Assembly: GCA_018812705.1 (NCBI GenBank)
Contig: JAHJCZ010000028.1
Location: 11,092-75,091 of the forward strand
Direction of reading: 5' to 3'
DNA length: 64,000 bases
Source: Candidatus Omnitrophota bacterium
GTDB lineage: Bacteria > Omnitrophota > Gorgyraeia > Zapsychrales > Zapsychraceae
Every line of letters begins with the position of its first letter. Within the stretch, counting starts at the first letter, position 1. Shown piece after piece: positions 49,593-58,675 of the stretch. Under the pieces are notes generated by a model. The model was not told where the DNA came from. It saw only the letters and a list, made by a program, of their open reading frames with translations, and made no database searches. Made by a program: the position numbers and the translations under genes.

Positions 49593-50017
49593 AATCGCAC
49601 TTTTGCAGTCACCTCTGGATGGAGTTTAACAAAAACTTCAAAAATACCTAATTCTTCAATCGGATTTTCTACAACGATGCTCTTCTTATCAATGTTAAAT
49701 CCTTCAACTTCTAAAGCCTTAATTATTTCTGTTTCACTAATTGCCCCATATAATTTATCCAAATCATTAACTTCTGCTGCAACAGTACAAGAAGCCTTAT
49801 TTAATTGCTCAGCTAACGTTTCCGCTTTTTTCTTTTCTGCTTCATATTCAAGCTTACGTTTCTTTTCTTGCTGTTCGATCCTCTTTAAATTCGTTGCACT
49901 AGCTATATAAGCTAATTTCTTTGGAATAAGAAAATTACGAGCATAACCATCCTTAACTTTTACAACCTCACCAGTTTTTCCTAAACTAGCTACATTTTGA
50001 GATAGAATTACTTCCAT
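49574..50017 (-). CDS. rplI: 50S ribosomal protein L9
   Basis: MEVIL, LGK.GEVVKVKDGYARNFLIP and KLYGAI motifs. Confidence 0.97.
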   Translation of the reverse strand: MEVILSQNVASLGKTGEVVKVKDGYARNFLIPKKLAYIASATNLKRIEQQEKKRKLEYEAEKKKAETLAEQLNKASCTVAAEVNDLDKLYGAISETEIIKALEVEGFNIDKKSIVVENPIEELGIFEVFVKLHPEVTAKVRLWVTKK

Positions 50018-50019
50018 GG

Positions 50020-50274
50020 CTATTTTTTCACTCCTCCCGTAATAAGTAAACTTAAGAACCTTGCATTTTTAATTGCTTCTATCAAACGCCTTTGCTCTTT
50101 TGCAGTCACTCCTGTTATCCTTCTTGGAACAACCTTTCCTCTGTCATTCAAATATTTCTGCAACAAGCTGACATTCTTGTAGTTAATATCAGTGTCCTTA
50201 GACATTTGATATTTTGCTGTATTTCTTTGACGACCATTAAAATTTCTTCTTGGCTTCATTAATTTCTTTTTCAT
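50020..50274 (-). CDS. rpsR: 30S ribosomal protein S18 (Cys-free form)
   Basis: [19 protein letters not shown] and AIKNAR motifs; rpsF-ssb-rpsR order. Confidence 0.95.
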   Translation of the reverse strand: MKKKLMKPRRNFNGRQRNTAKYQMSKDTDINYKNVSLLQKYLNDRGKVVPRRITGVTAKEQRRLIEAIKNARFLSLLITGGVKK

Positions 50275-50300
50275 GAATTATTCTTTCCTTCCTAGAATTA

Positions 50301-50741
50301 TTATTCGTCCCAGGCAATGTCTTCAGGCTTAATAGCTTCTGACAGTCCGATAAGATCAGGAGCCCCAACTAACTCCTCTTTGTTTATGTCTTTGTCCTTA
50401 GACCCCTCACCGTAACTTCCTAGAAATTGCACTCTTTCTGCTCTTACATCAATTGCACTTCTTTTCTGGCCATCACTTGTTTCCCAAAATCTTGACTGCA
50501 ATACGCCTTCGACAAAAACTGGCCTGCCTTTTGTAAGATACTGGCAGCATGCTTCTGCTTGTTTATCCCATACCGTCACTGTCAAGAAGCAAACTTCTTC
50601 CTTCAACTCACCTGAACTATCCTTAAATCTTCTGTTTACCGCAATTCCTAAATTTGCAACTGCTGTTCCACCCGGAGTATATCGCAACTCTGGGTCTCTT
50701 GTTAAGTTACCAATTAAAAACACTTTGTTTAAATTCGCCAT
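50301..50741 (-). CDS. ssb: Single-stranded DNA-binding protein
   Basis: LNKVFLIGNLTRDPELRYTP and KGRPVFVEG motifs. Confidence 0.97.
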   Translation of the reverse strand: MANLNKVFLIGNLTRDPELRYTPGGTAVANLGIAVNRRFKDSSGELKEEVCFLTVTVWDKQAEACCQYLTKGRPVFVEGVLQSRFWETSDGQKRSAIDVRAERVQFLGSYGEGSKDKDINKEELVGAPDLIGLSEAIKPEDIAWDE

Positions 50742-50773
50742 TTCATCCTCCTTACAGACAAAAGCTTTATTAA

Positions 50774-51082
50774 TTATTTTTCTAATCTTGTTATTAAATA
50801 TCGAAGCACTTTTTCCTTTAACCTCAAAGCCGCACGAATCTTCCCCATACCTGATCCGACAATCTCAAAATTAACAAGATAATATGTTCCTTCGCTTCGT
50901 TTTTTAATATCAAATGTAAATTTTTGTTTTTCAAGCCAAACTTGACTATTAATGATCTTGCCACTGTACTTTTCGACCGTGTCAGTACAATCCTTTAAAA
51001 TTGCTTCCTTTTCCTCATTAGCAACTTTAGCATCAACAATAATCACTAGCTCATATTTTTTTACTAATTCCGTTTTTTCCAT
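50774..51082 (-). CDS. rpsF: 30S ribosomal protein S6
   Basis: KYELVIIV, IKKRSEGTYYLVNF and VLRYLI motifs; position before ssb. Confidence 0.93.
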   Translation of the reverse strand: MEKTELVKKYELVIIVDAKVANEEKEAILKDCTDTVEKYSGKIINSQVWLEKQKFTFDIKKRSEGTYYLVNFEIVGSGMGKIRAALRLKEKVLRYLITRLEK

Positions 51083-51107
51083 TTCACTCCCTTTCTACCT
51101 ACTCTCA

Positions 51108-51698
51108 CTATTCTTGTGAAGAAATCTTCCCATTAAAACTCTCCATCGCTTTTCCAATCCCCTCATCTAACCAAATAAGACAACAATCTGCTGCTTTGCT
51201 AATAAAATCTTCTAGATTATTTGTTTCGCTTTTTTTAAATTCCTCGAGAACATAATCAACAACATCGACTTTATTGCCAGGATGACTAATACCCATCCTC
51301 AAACGGGGGAACTCATCAGTGCCTAAACACTGAGTTACCGAATCCAGACCATTGTGACCACCATCGCTTCCTTTTGGTCTTATTCGTATCTGCCCAAAAT
51401 CAAGATTGAGATCATCGCAAACGATCAAAGACTCCGCTAACAGGAATTCTTTTTTTTCAACAAGCTGCCTGATAGCTCCTCCTGATTTGTTCATATATGT
51501 TAACGGCATAAACAAACAAACATCGTGGTCTGTATTCTTTACTTCTGCCATTAAACCATTTGTAAAAGAACTCAATTTCAATCTAACATTCAACCTTTCA
51601 GCCAAATGTCTTACGACAAGAAACCCAAGATTATGTCGTGTATATTCGTAATCCTTCCCTGGATTACCCAAGCCCACAATGAGTTTCACTTTATACAA
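51108..51698 (-). CDS. pth: Peptidyl-tRNA hydrolase
   Basis: LIVGLGNPG, TRHNLGF, TYMN, DDL and GGHNG motifs; start may be GTG 51689. Confidence 0.97.
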   Translation of the reverse strand: MYKVKLIVGLGNPGKDYEYTRHNLGFLVVRHLAERLNVRLKLSSFTNGLMAEVKNTDHDVCLFMPLTYMNKSGGAIRQLVEKKEFLLAESLIVCDDLNLDFGQIRIRPKGSDGGHNGLDSVTQCLGTDEFPRLRMGISHPGNKVDVVDYVLEEFKKSETNNLEDFISKAADCCLIWLDEGIGKAMESFNGKISSQE

Positions 51699-51703
51699 TA
51701 CCC

Positions 51704-52390
51704 TTATTTTTCAGTTTTTTCTTCTTTTGATCCTTCAGCCTCTTCTTTAGCCTTCTTCTCTTTTATTACTTCAGGCTCTAAAGATACGCTCTCTTCACCT
51801 TCAGTTTCATCTTCTTCTTTCATAGGAGGAAGAACAGCTAGAACTATTGATTCTAAATCATGCTCTGTTGTAACACCTTCTGGTAAAACAATATCTTTTA
51901 CATGAATAGCATCGCCAATCTTTAAGCTAGTAACATCAATTTGGATCTTTTCTGGTATGTTCATAGGCAAACAAATAATGTCCAATTCCCACATTGCATG
52001 ATCCAAAGAACCACCATCATTCTTAACACCATCTGCTTCACCTTTTGCTTCAATAGGAACTGTAACCTCAATTACTTCAGTTAAAGAAATACGTTTAAAG
52101 TCAATATGAAGCAATTTATCTGTGACCGGATCATGCTGCTCTTCTTTTACAATAGCAGAATAATCTCTCAAACTTTTGTCGCCTTCCATAACATTTAAAT
52201 GGAAAACAACACTTTGACCTTGATGATGACGCATAATTTTCTCATATGTGCGACGATCCAATTTGATTATTGTTGTCCCTTTTTCACTACCATAAACAAT
52301 AGCCGGAACAGCATCATCTCTTCTGATACTTTTGATTTTCCTTGTTCCAACCTTGTCTCTTAACTGAACATCTAATTTTATTTCTTCCAT
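51704..52390 (-). CDS. rplY: 50S ribosomal protein L25/Ctc (long form)
   Basis: VPAIVYG, LLHIDF, GVKNDGG and IGDAIHVKD motifs; acidic tail. Confidence 0.95.
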   Translation of the reverse strand: MEEIKLDVQLRDKVGTRKIKSIRRDDAVPAIVYGSEKGTTIIKLDRRTYEKIMRHHQGQSVVFHLNVMEGDKSLRDYSAIVKEEQHDPVTDKLLHIDFKRISLTEVIEVTVPIEAKGEADGVKNDGGSLDHAMWELDIICLPMNIPEKIQIDVTSLKIGDAIHVKDIVLPEGVTTEHDLESIVLAVLPPMKEEDETEGEESVSLEPEVIKEKKAKEEAEGSKEEKTEK

Positions 52391-52414
52391 TTTAAATAAC
52401 CACCTCTTCTTTTC

Positions 52415-53356
52415 TTATCTTGTTGTTCCGTCAAACAAACAACTTATTGATTCTTCATCATGAATTCTCTGTATAGCATCTGCAAGCAATGCTCCCACAG
52501 AGACGACCTTGATCTTAGAAATCCTTTTTGTTTTATTCAAAGGAATAGTATCAGTTATTACTACTTCCTTTATTGCACTACAATCCCTAATCCTTTCAAT
52601 CGCCTTACCTGAAAGAATTCCATGACTCATAACAGCATAAACTTCTTTAACACCCTTTTTCTTTAAAGCCTCGGCCGCCTCGACTAAAGATCCTGCGGTA
52701 GCTACAATGTCATCGACAATTAAAGCACACTTTCCCTTTACACGTCCAAGAATATGCATAACTTCTGTCTTTTCTGGGCTTTCTCTACGCTTGTCAACAA
52801 TAGCCAAACCTGCGTTTAGTCTTTTTGAATAAGCTCTGGCCATTTTAGTCCCACCAACATCAGGAGATACAACAACGATGTTCTTCATATTCTTCTCGTG
52901 AAAATAGTCACAAAGAGCATTAATGCAATACAAATGATCAACTGGGATATCAAAGAAACCTTGGATCTGATTTGCATGTAAATCCATCGTCAAAACTCTT
53001 TCAGCTCCAGCGGCAACCATAAGATTGGCAACTAATTTTGCTGTAATTGGAACTCTTGGCTGGTCCTTACGATCTTGTCTCGCATAACCATAATAAGGGA
53101 CGACTGCTGTGATTCTTTTTGCAGATGCCCTTCTTGCCGCATCCATAAGTATCAAAAGCTCCATTAAATTATCATTAGTCGGCGGACAAGTTGGTTGAAC
53201 AATAAAAAGATCTTTACCCCTAATATTCTCTTCGATCTTAATTCTTGTTTCGCCTTCACTAAATTTCGAAGCTAACACCCTTGTTAATGGGATATTCAAA
53301 TGTTGACAAATCTTCTTTGCTAAAGCAGGATTTGCATTACCTGATATTATTTTCAT
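52415..53356 (-). CDS. prs: Ribose-phosphate pyrophosphokinase
   Basis: GYARQDRK, DLHANQIQGFFD, SPDVGG and VDDIVATAGS motifs. Confidence 0.98.
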   Translation of the reverse strand: MKIISGNANPALAKKICQHLNIPLTRVLASKFSEGETRIKIEENIRGKDLFIVQPTCPPTNDNLMELLILMDAARRASAKRITAVVPYYGYARQDRKDQPRVPITAKLVANLMVAAGAERVLTMDLHANQIQGFFDIPVDHLYCINALCDYFHEKNMKNIVVVSPDVGGTKMARAYSKRLNAGLAIVDKRRESPEKTEVMHILGRVKGKCALIVDDIVATAGSLVEAAEALKKKGVKEVYAVMSHGILSGKAIERIRDCSAIKEVVITDTIPLNKTKRISKIKVVSVGALLADAIQRIHDEESISCLFDGTTR

Positions 53357-54615
53357 TTCTCTTCTTTCTTCGCAACTATTTTTGCAGGAACACCCATAAC
53401 GACTCTACCATCTGGAACTATTTTTCCTCCGGTAACTACACTACCTGCTCCAACAACCGCTTTTTTGCCTATCTTCACTGGAGAGATCAATGTTGAGTTA
53501 GAACCAATAAAAGCATAATCAGCTATTCTTGATGTATGTTTCTGCTTACCATCAAAATTTGCAGTTACCATTCCAGCGCCAATATTTACATGTGATCCAA
53601 CTAAAGAATCTCCTAAATAACTAAAATGCTTCATAAAACAATTAGAACCCATTTTGGAACGTGAAATCTCAGTAAAATTACCTATATCAACATTGTTTCC
53701 AATTCTTGTATCAAGCCTTATTCGGGCAAAAGGACCAATTATACAACGCTCGCCGATCCTAACGTTCTTTTCAATATAAGTAAACGGCCTGATCGTTGTA
53801 TCTTTTCCGATCTTTACGTTCGAGTCAATATATGTAGTGTGTGGATCAATAACTGTAACGCCTTGAGACATAATTTTTTTTAATATTTTATGACGTATTA
53901 TATTCTCAGCCAAGGCAAGATGCTCTCTTGAATTTACACCTAACCCTTCAACTGAATCCTCAGTTTCAACAGTTTCTATCTTATATCCTTTAGAAAAAAA
54001 CAACTCAATAATATCCGTAAGATAATATTCTTTCTTCTTTTTATTAGGGTGAACCTCTTTTATCGTTTTAAACAATTCTTTGCTTTTAAAACAATAAACT
54101 CCAACATTTATCTCCGCAATATCCCTCTCAAAACCTACCGCATCTTTATCTTCTCGAATAGCCACAACTTTTTGAGCATCTTCCCGTATTATGCGGCCAT
54201 ATCCTTGTGGATCATGAACAATAGCAGTTAAAAACGTACATATCGCTTTCGATCTCTTATGCTTCCTAAGAATGCTCCTGATCACGTTTTTATTTAGTAG
54301 TGGAGTATCTCCACATAAAACCAAAACATTACCACTATAAGTTCGAAAATAATTTGCTGCACATTTCACCGCATCAGCAGTACCAAGCAACTGCTTTTGC
54401 TCTATAACGATTTTGTCCTGTGGTAGATACTTTTTCACCAAACTACTTTTGTGACCAAGAACAACATATGTTTTCAATGAACCTATTGATTTGACTATAT
54501 CCAAAACATACTGAATAATTGGTTTGCCACAAACCTCATGCAACACCTTTGGAATACTAGATTTCATTCTAGTTCCTTTTCCTGCGGCTAATATGATCGT
54601 TCTAAGATCTTGCAT
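53353..54615 (-). CDS. glmU: Bifunctional GlmU (shortened beta-helix)
   Basis: LAAGKGTRMKS..PK, QLLGT, GDTPL, EYYLTD, GPFARIR, HFSYLGD and NIGAG motifs. Confidence 0.94.
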   Translation of the reverse strand: MQDLRTIILAAGKGTRMKSSIPKVLHEVCGKPIIQYVLDIVKSIGSLKTYVVLGHKSSLVKKYLPQDKIVIEQKQLLGTADAVKCAANYFRTYSGNVLVLCGDTPLLNKNVIRSILRKHKRSKAICTFLTAIVHDPQGYGRIIREDAQKVVAIREDKDAVGFERDIAEINVGVYCFKSKELFKTIKEVHPNKKKKEYYLTDIIELFFSKGYKIETVETEDSVEGLGVNSREHLALAENIIRHKILKKIMSQGVTVIDPHTTYIDSNVKIGKDTTIRPFTYIEKNVRIGERCIIGPFARIRLDTRIGNNVDIGNFTEISRSKMGSNCFMKHFSYLGDSLVGSHVNIGAGMVTANFDGKQKHTSRIADYAFIGSNSTLISPVKIGKKAVVGAGSVVTGGKIVPDGRVVMGVPAKIVAKKEEK

Positions 54616-54669
54616 AAGTCAAATTAATTTAAGTTCTAACATCAAAATGATAGAACATTTAAAAAAATA

Positions 54670-54740
54670 CTGCCCAGCCAGGGCTCGAACCTGGAAAACA
54701 AGATCCAAATTCTTGTGTGTTGCCATTACACCACCGGGCA
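54670..54740 (-). tRNA. tRNA-Gln(TTG), CCA not encoded
   Basis: Minus strand TGCCCGGTGGTGTAATGGCAACACACAAGAATTTGGATCTTGTTTTCCAGGTTCGAGCCCTGGCTGGGCAG. Acceptor stem TGCCCGG/CTGGGCA, anticodon stem CAAGA/TCTTG with loop ATTTGGA, T-loop TTCGAGC. Confidence 0.95.
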
Positions 54741-54838
54741 AAATCTTGATAATAAAATATATATTAAATAGAATTTCTATTACAAATCAATATTGCCGAA
54801 ACTATCTACCCACCGCTAAGAATCTGGTCTTTAAAAAA

Positions 54839-55210
54839 TTATCCTACAACTTCCTTCTTGTATGCTTCTAAAACCATATTTTGCAGATATTCACGAAATT
54901 TCTGTGTTATGGGATGTGCAATATCCCGATGTTCAGATTTTGCATCTGCCGCAATCTCTTGATTGCTTACCGGTTGAACAGCAACTCCGCAATGATTGCA
55001 AAACTTTGCTCCAACCTCGTTTTTAAAATTACACTTAGAGCAAGAGTTTTTCATCTTCCGTGAAGGCATTGCTATAAATAAACCAGTTGAACCTTGTATC
55101 ACTTTTATATTCCTAACAACAAAAGAATCATCAAAAGTGACTGTTGTGTATGCCTTTAATTTTTTGTCTTGACCCTCTTTTGGAAATACTCGGATTTCTG
55201 TAATTTCCAT
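54839..55210 (-). CDS. spoVG: SpoVG family nucleic-acid-binding protein with zinc-ribbon insertion
   Basis: MEITEIRV, FDDSFVVRNIKVI, GLFIAMPSRK and DIAHPI motifs, with inserted CSKC...CNHC. RBS GAGGAG precedes ATG 55210. Confidence 0.93.
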   Translation of the reverse strand: MEITEIRVFPKEGQDKKLKAYTTVTFDDSFVVRNIKVIQGSTGLFIAMPSRKMKNSCSKCNFKNEVGAKFCNHCGVAVQPVSNQEIAADAKSEHRDIAHPITQKFREYLQNMVLEAYKKEVVG

Positions 55211-55323
55211 CTCTAAGCTCCTCACTTTCCTTAGATGCGAACTTGATTATTATGAATTTTCTTGTTCGGGACAAAAAAATGTTCAAAAACAAGATTAACA
55301 AACATAAAAATACATCTAATTTA

Positions 55324-56181
55324 TCAAAGAGTCCTAACAACAAATACTTGGGAAAATCGCTTTGATAATATATTAGCAATTTCTTCAGCTTCTTTTTTTG
55401 TTGTTGTTACACCAAAAACTGATGGCCCGCTACCGGAAACCATAACTCCTAGAGGATTAAAGGACTTTAGCTTCTCCTTTAAATCCAACAGCTTTGGGCA
55501 AAGCTTGATTACATCAATCTCTAAGTCATTTGACAATAAACTTCCCACACCTAATATATTGCCATTACTTAAATTATGGATAAGGATATTAACATTATCA
55601 TTTCTCTTTGTCAACTGCAATTTATGCCTACTATATACGTCTCGAGAATATATTTTAATGCGAGGCACCACCAAAATATGCCACAATTTCGCCTTTAATT
55701 TTAAGATTTCTATCTCATCGCCTCTTGATGTTCCCAAACCCCAGCTGGACCTATAAAGAAAAAATGCCACATCACTCCCAAGTCGACGAGCATATGGCAA
55801 TAGCTTTTCCTTGCTCAACCCTAAATTCCACAATTTATTTAAACCCATAAGAGCCGTTGCACCATTACTTGACCCCCCGGCTAACCCTGCGGCAACAGGG
55901 ATTCGCTTATTTATTCGAATTTCCACCCCTTGTTTGACTTTAAAATCAACTTTTAACATTTTTGCAGCTTTATAAACAAGGTTTTTAGGCCCAACAGGAA
56001 CATTAGGATGATCACAAGATATTATGATCGAGTCCTTTTGACTAGAACAAAAAGAAATATCATCAAATAAATCAATACGTTCAAACAAAGTAACTATATT
56101 ATGAAATCCATCTGGTCTCTTATTGATAACTTTAAGATATAGATTTAATTTGGCGGGAGATTGAAGTATAATTTCGCTCAT
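55324..56181 (-). CDS. ispE: 4-diphosphocytidyl-2-C-methyl-D-erythritol kinase
   Basis: SPAKLNL, KRIPVAAGLAGGSS, LGSDV and SGSGP motifs. Confidence 0.97.
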   Translation of the reverse strand: MSEIILQSPAKLNLYLKVINKRPDGFHNIVTLFERIDLFDDISFCSSQKDSIIISCDHPNVPVGPKNLVYKAAKMLKVDFKVKQGVEIRINKRIPVAAGLAGGSSNGATALMGLNKLWNLGLSKEKLLPYARRLGSDVAFFLYRSSWGLGTSRGDEIEILKLKAKLWHILVVPRIKIYSRDVYSRHKLQLTKRNDNVNILIHNLSNGNILGVGSLLSNDLEIDVIKLCPKLLDLKEKLKSFNPLGVMVSGSGPSVFGVTTTKKEAEEIANILSKRFSQVFVVRTL

Positions 56182-56234
56182 AAGTTGATTTATTTAAAAC
56201 AGAATATTGCTATCGTAAAATATCCGACCCTCTA

Positions 56235-57212
56235 TTACTTGCTAGCTTGTTCATTATTAACATTATCTATCTTTTGAGAAACTTTATCCTGATCTGGCAA
56301 AAGTTCCAATGATAACTTCCAATACTTTAAAGCTTCATCGGCATTATTCATTACAAAATAAACATCTCCAATATGATCATAGATCACGGGGTCTTCCATG
56401 GCAGAATCTGCTTTGATCAGAGATTCTAAGGACTTTTGATAATCACCTTTCTTGAAATAAATCCAACCTAATGTATCAAAATATGCGCCATTATTTGGGC
56501 TTATTACAAGAGCACGATTAATTAAGTCCAAAGCTTCAGACAAGTTCTCTTCTTTTTCTGCATAAACATAAGCAAGAGAATTAAGACAACCATCGTGTTG
56601 AGGATCGATTTCAACGGCAATTTTGAAGATATCAATACCTTTTTGATCATAACCAGCTTCAAGATACAAAGAGCCTAACAGATACATAATATCAGGATTT
56701 GAAGGCTCAACTTCCAAGATATTCTCAAATTGCTCAATTGCTCTATCAAATTTTCTCTGAGAATAATAAAGCTGTCCAAGATATCCATAAATCTCAATGT
56801 TTTGAGGTTCGGCACTTGAAAAAGTCTTTAAAATATATTCATATTCTACCGCTGCTTTATCGTATTCTTTTGTATTAGAATAGATGAGTGCCAACAAATA
56901 ATGTGACTGCAGTTCGCTTTCATTTAGCTGATTAACAAGTAGCAACTCTCTTGTTGCTTCTTCTAGCATTCCAAGCCTAGCATAATCAGTCCCCAATCTT
57001 AGATGAATCAGATAACTTGCATCATCAAATTGAGAAGCTTTTTCATATTCAAGGATCGCACGCTCGGTAAGCCCCAATAAATCATACATTTGCCCTACTG
57101 CATAATGAGACAACCCTCTTGATATCGACACCTTTTCTTGAAATGCAAAAGCATCTGTCACTCTTGGCATAAAGAAAAGAACAGCCAAAAAAATGAGAAA
57201 ACTAAATTTCAT
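56235..57212 (-). CDS. Exported tetratricopeptide repeat protein
   Basis: Signal peptide from ATG 57212 (RBS AGGAG); multiple TPRs; LNSLAY, YFDTLGWIYFK and IYDHIGD motifs, as in TPR genes commonly found upstream of ispE. Confidence 0.88.
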   Translation of the reverse strand: MKFSFLIFLAVLFFMPRVTDAFAFQEKVSISRGLSHYAVGQMYDLLGLTERAILEYEKASQFDDASYLIHLRLGTDYARLGMLEEATRELLLVNQLNESELQSHYLLALIYSNTKEYDKAAVEYEYILKTFSSAEPQNIEIYGYLGQLYYSQRKFDRAIEQFENILEVEPSNPDIMYLLGSLYLEAGYDQKGIDIFKIAVEIDPQHDGCLNSLAYVYAEKEENLSEALDLINRALVISPNNGAYFDTLGWIYFKKGDYQKSLESLIKADSAMEDPVIYDHIGDVYFVMNNADEALKYWKLSLELLPDQDKVSQKIDNVNNEQASK

Positions 57213-57300
57213 ATCGCTCCTGAAAAAAGACTTTAAAGGAGCTTTTGCAGTATAACGCCCCATATAATTAACCTCTTTTATAAGTATACTACATAGAAGT

Positions 57301-57402
57301 CTATCGAGTCTTACGCTTTTTAAGATGCCTTAGAGCTTTTCTTAATTTTTTTCTTTTATGCGTTCTAATCTTGCGATTTTTTCTTTTTTTACCACACGGC
57401 AT
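57301..57402 (-). CDS. Small basic protein, AURKAIP1/COX24 (bS22/mS38) family ribosomal protein
   Basis: Below the ORF-track cutoff. Translates as MPCGKKRKNRKIRTHKRKKLRKALRHLKKRKTR (33 aa), RBS GGGTGA; matches the family pattern MPxGKKRKxxKxxxHKRKKxxxxxRH. Confidence 0.85.
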   Translation of the reverse strand: MPCGKKRKNRKIRTHKRKKLRKALRHLKKRKTR

Positions 57403-57429
57403 GAAACGTCACCCTATCGGTTTAATTGA

Positions 57430-58305
57430 TTAATAGATTACTTTGTTTAAAGGATACTCGACTATACCTTGAGCTCCTGCCTTCTTCAACTGAGGGATAA
57501 TAATCCTTGCAGTACCTTCTTCGATCACAGTTTCCACTGCTATCCAATCTTCCCTGCTTAATGCTGAAATAGTTGGTTCTTTTAAGGACGGTAAGATCTT
57601 TCTTATCTTATCAAAATTCTTTTCTTCAACATTCATCTTCAATCCAACCATATGACCAGCAATAATCGCTCCCTCTAAAAGCATAACGATCTGATCCATC
57701 TTAGCCTTTTTCCAAGGGTCTTTAATTGATTCATTATTGGCGATAAATTGTGTCGTAGATTCACAAATAGTTGAAACAATCCGCAGTTTATGTGCTCTGA
57801 GGCTACTGCCTGTTTCAGTCAACTCAACAACTGCATCAACTAAACCATCCGCGACTTTAGCTTCGGTAGCTCCCCAGCTGAACTCAACTTCTGCCTTTAC
57901 GTTATTTTTCTTAAGATATTTCTTTGTAACATTAACAACTTCAGTAGCAATTTTTTTTCCTTGCAGGTCCTTAACTGTTTTGATCGGAGATTTTTCGGGC
58001 ACAGCCAAAACCCATCTAACTTTAACAGCTGATTGTTTTGCATAAACCAGATCAGCCAAAGAAACCACCTTGGAACCATTTTCCAAAACCCAGTCGGCCC
58101 CAGTAATTCCACAATCCAAAGCTTTCTCTTCGACATAACGCGACATCTCTTGAGCCCTTAAAAGGACTGGCTCGATCTCAGCGTCATCTATCGTCGGGAA
58201 ATACGAACGTCCCGAAACATATATCTTGAACCCGGCTTTTTCAAAAACTTTTATTGTTGCATCCTGCAAACTGCCTTTTGGCAGTCCTAATTTTAATTTT
58301 CGCAT
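57430..58305 (-). CDS. hisG: ATP phosphoribosyltransferase (long form)
   Basis: [26 protein letters not shown] and ETGSSL motifs; C-terminal regulatory domain. Confidence 0.96.
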   Translation of the reverse strand: MRKLKLGLPKGSLQDATIKVFEKAGFKIYVSGRSYFPTIDDAEIEPVLLRAQEMSRYVEEKALDCGITGADWVLENGSKVVSLADLVYAKQSAVKVRWVLAVPEKSPIKTVKDLQGKKIATEVVNVTKKYLKKNNVKAEVEFSWGATEAKVADGLVDAVVELTETGSSLRAHKLRIVSTICESTTQFIANNESIKDPWKKAKMDQIVMLLEGAIIAGHMVGLKMNVEEKNFDKIRKILPSLKEPTISALSREDWIAVETVIEEGTARIIIPQLKKAGAQGIVEYPLNKVIY

Positions 58306-58393
58306 TATAATATTCCCTTTATATTCTAATAATAATTAAGCTTTCACATAGCAAAAAAAGAACAAAACCAGTTTTCAGGTAGATAAACAACGT

Positions 58394-58422
58394 ATTATAG
58401 CCTTGAGCCCTCTCGTTGTAAA
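58394..58422 (-). promoter_or_regulatory. Sigma70-like promoter upstream of hisG
   Basis: TTTACA-17 nt-TATAAT. Confidence 0.72.
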
Positions 58423-58564
58423 GAGCAAAATACATAATACAAATTTTTTATTTCATTCTTCTTAAAGCTACGAATCCCAGAGACTTCATAATGATTGAAC
58501 TAACCAGAAATTTTGAAAATATCAGATCAAAATAAATATTTTTCCGCTTTCTGTATTAATTCTC

Positions 58565-58593
58565 TTGTAAAAGCGACCATTCATAGTTATAAT
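58565..58593 (+). promoter_or_regulatory. Sigma70-like promoter upstream of the SurA/PpiD-like gene
   Basis: TTGTAA-17 nt-TATAAT. Confidence 0.65.
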
Positions 58594-58675
58594 CATCAAT
58601 TTGAAAGGCATGTTAAATGCCATAATCTACCAGAATAATCTAATTTATCAAGTGTTTATTTAAAATGGAGCAATT

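Noticed and set aside
58306-58675. Possible His attenuator or oriC in the 370-bp divergent spacer
   Set aside because: I found no His-codon leader peptide and no TTATCCACA boxes; two divergent sigma70 promoters explain the region.
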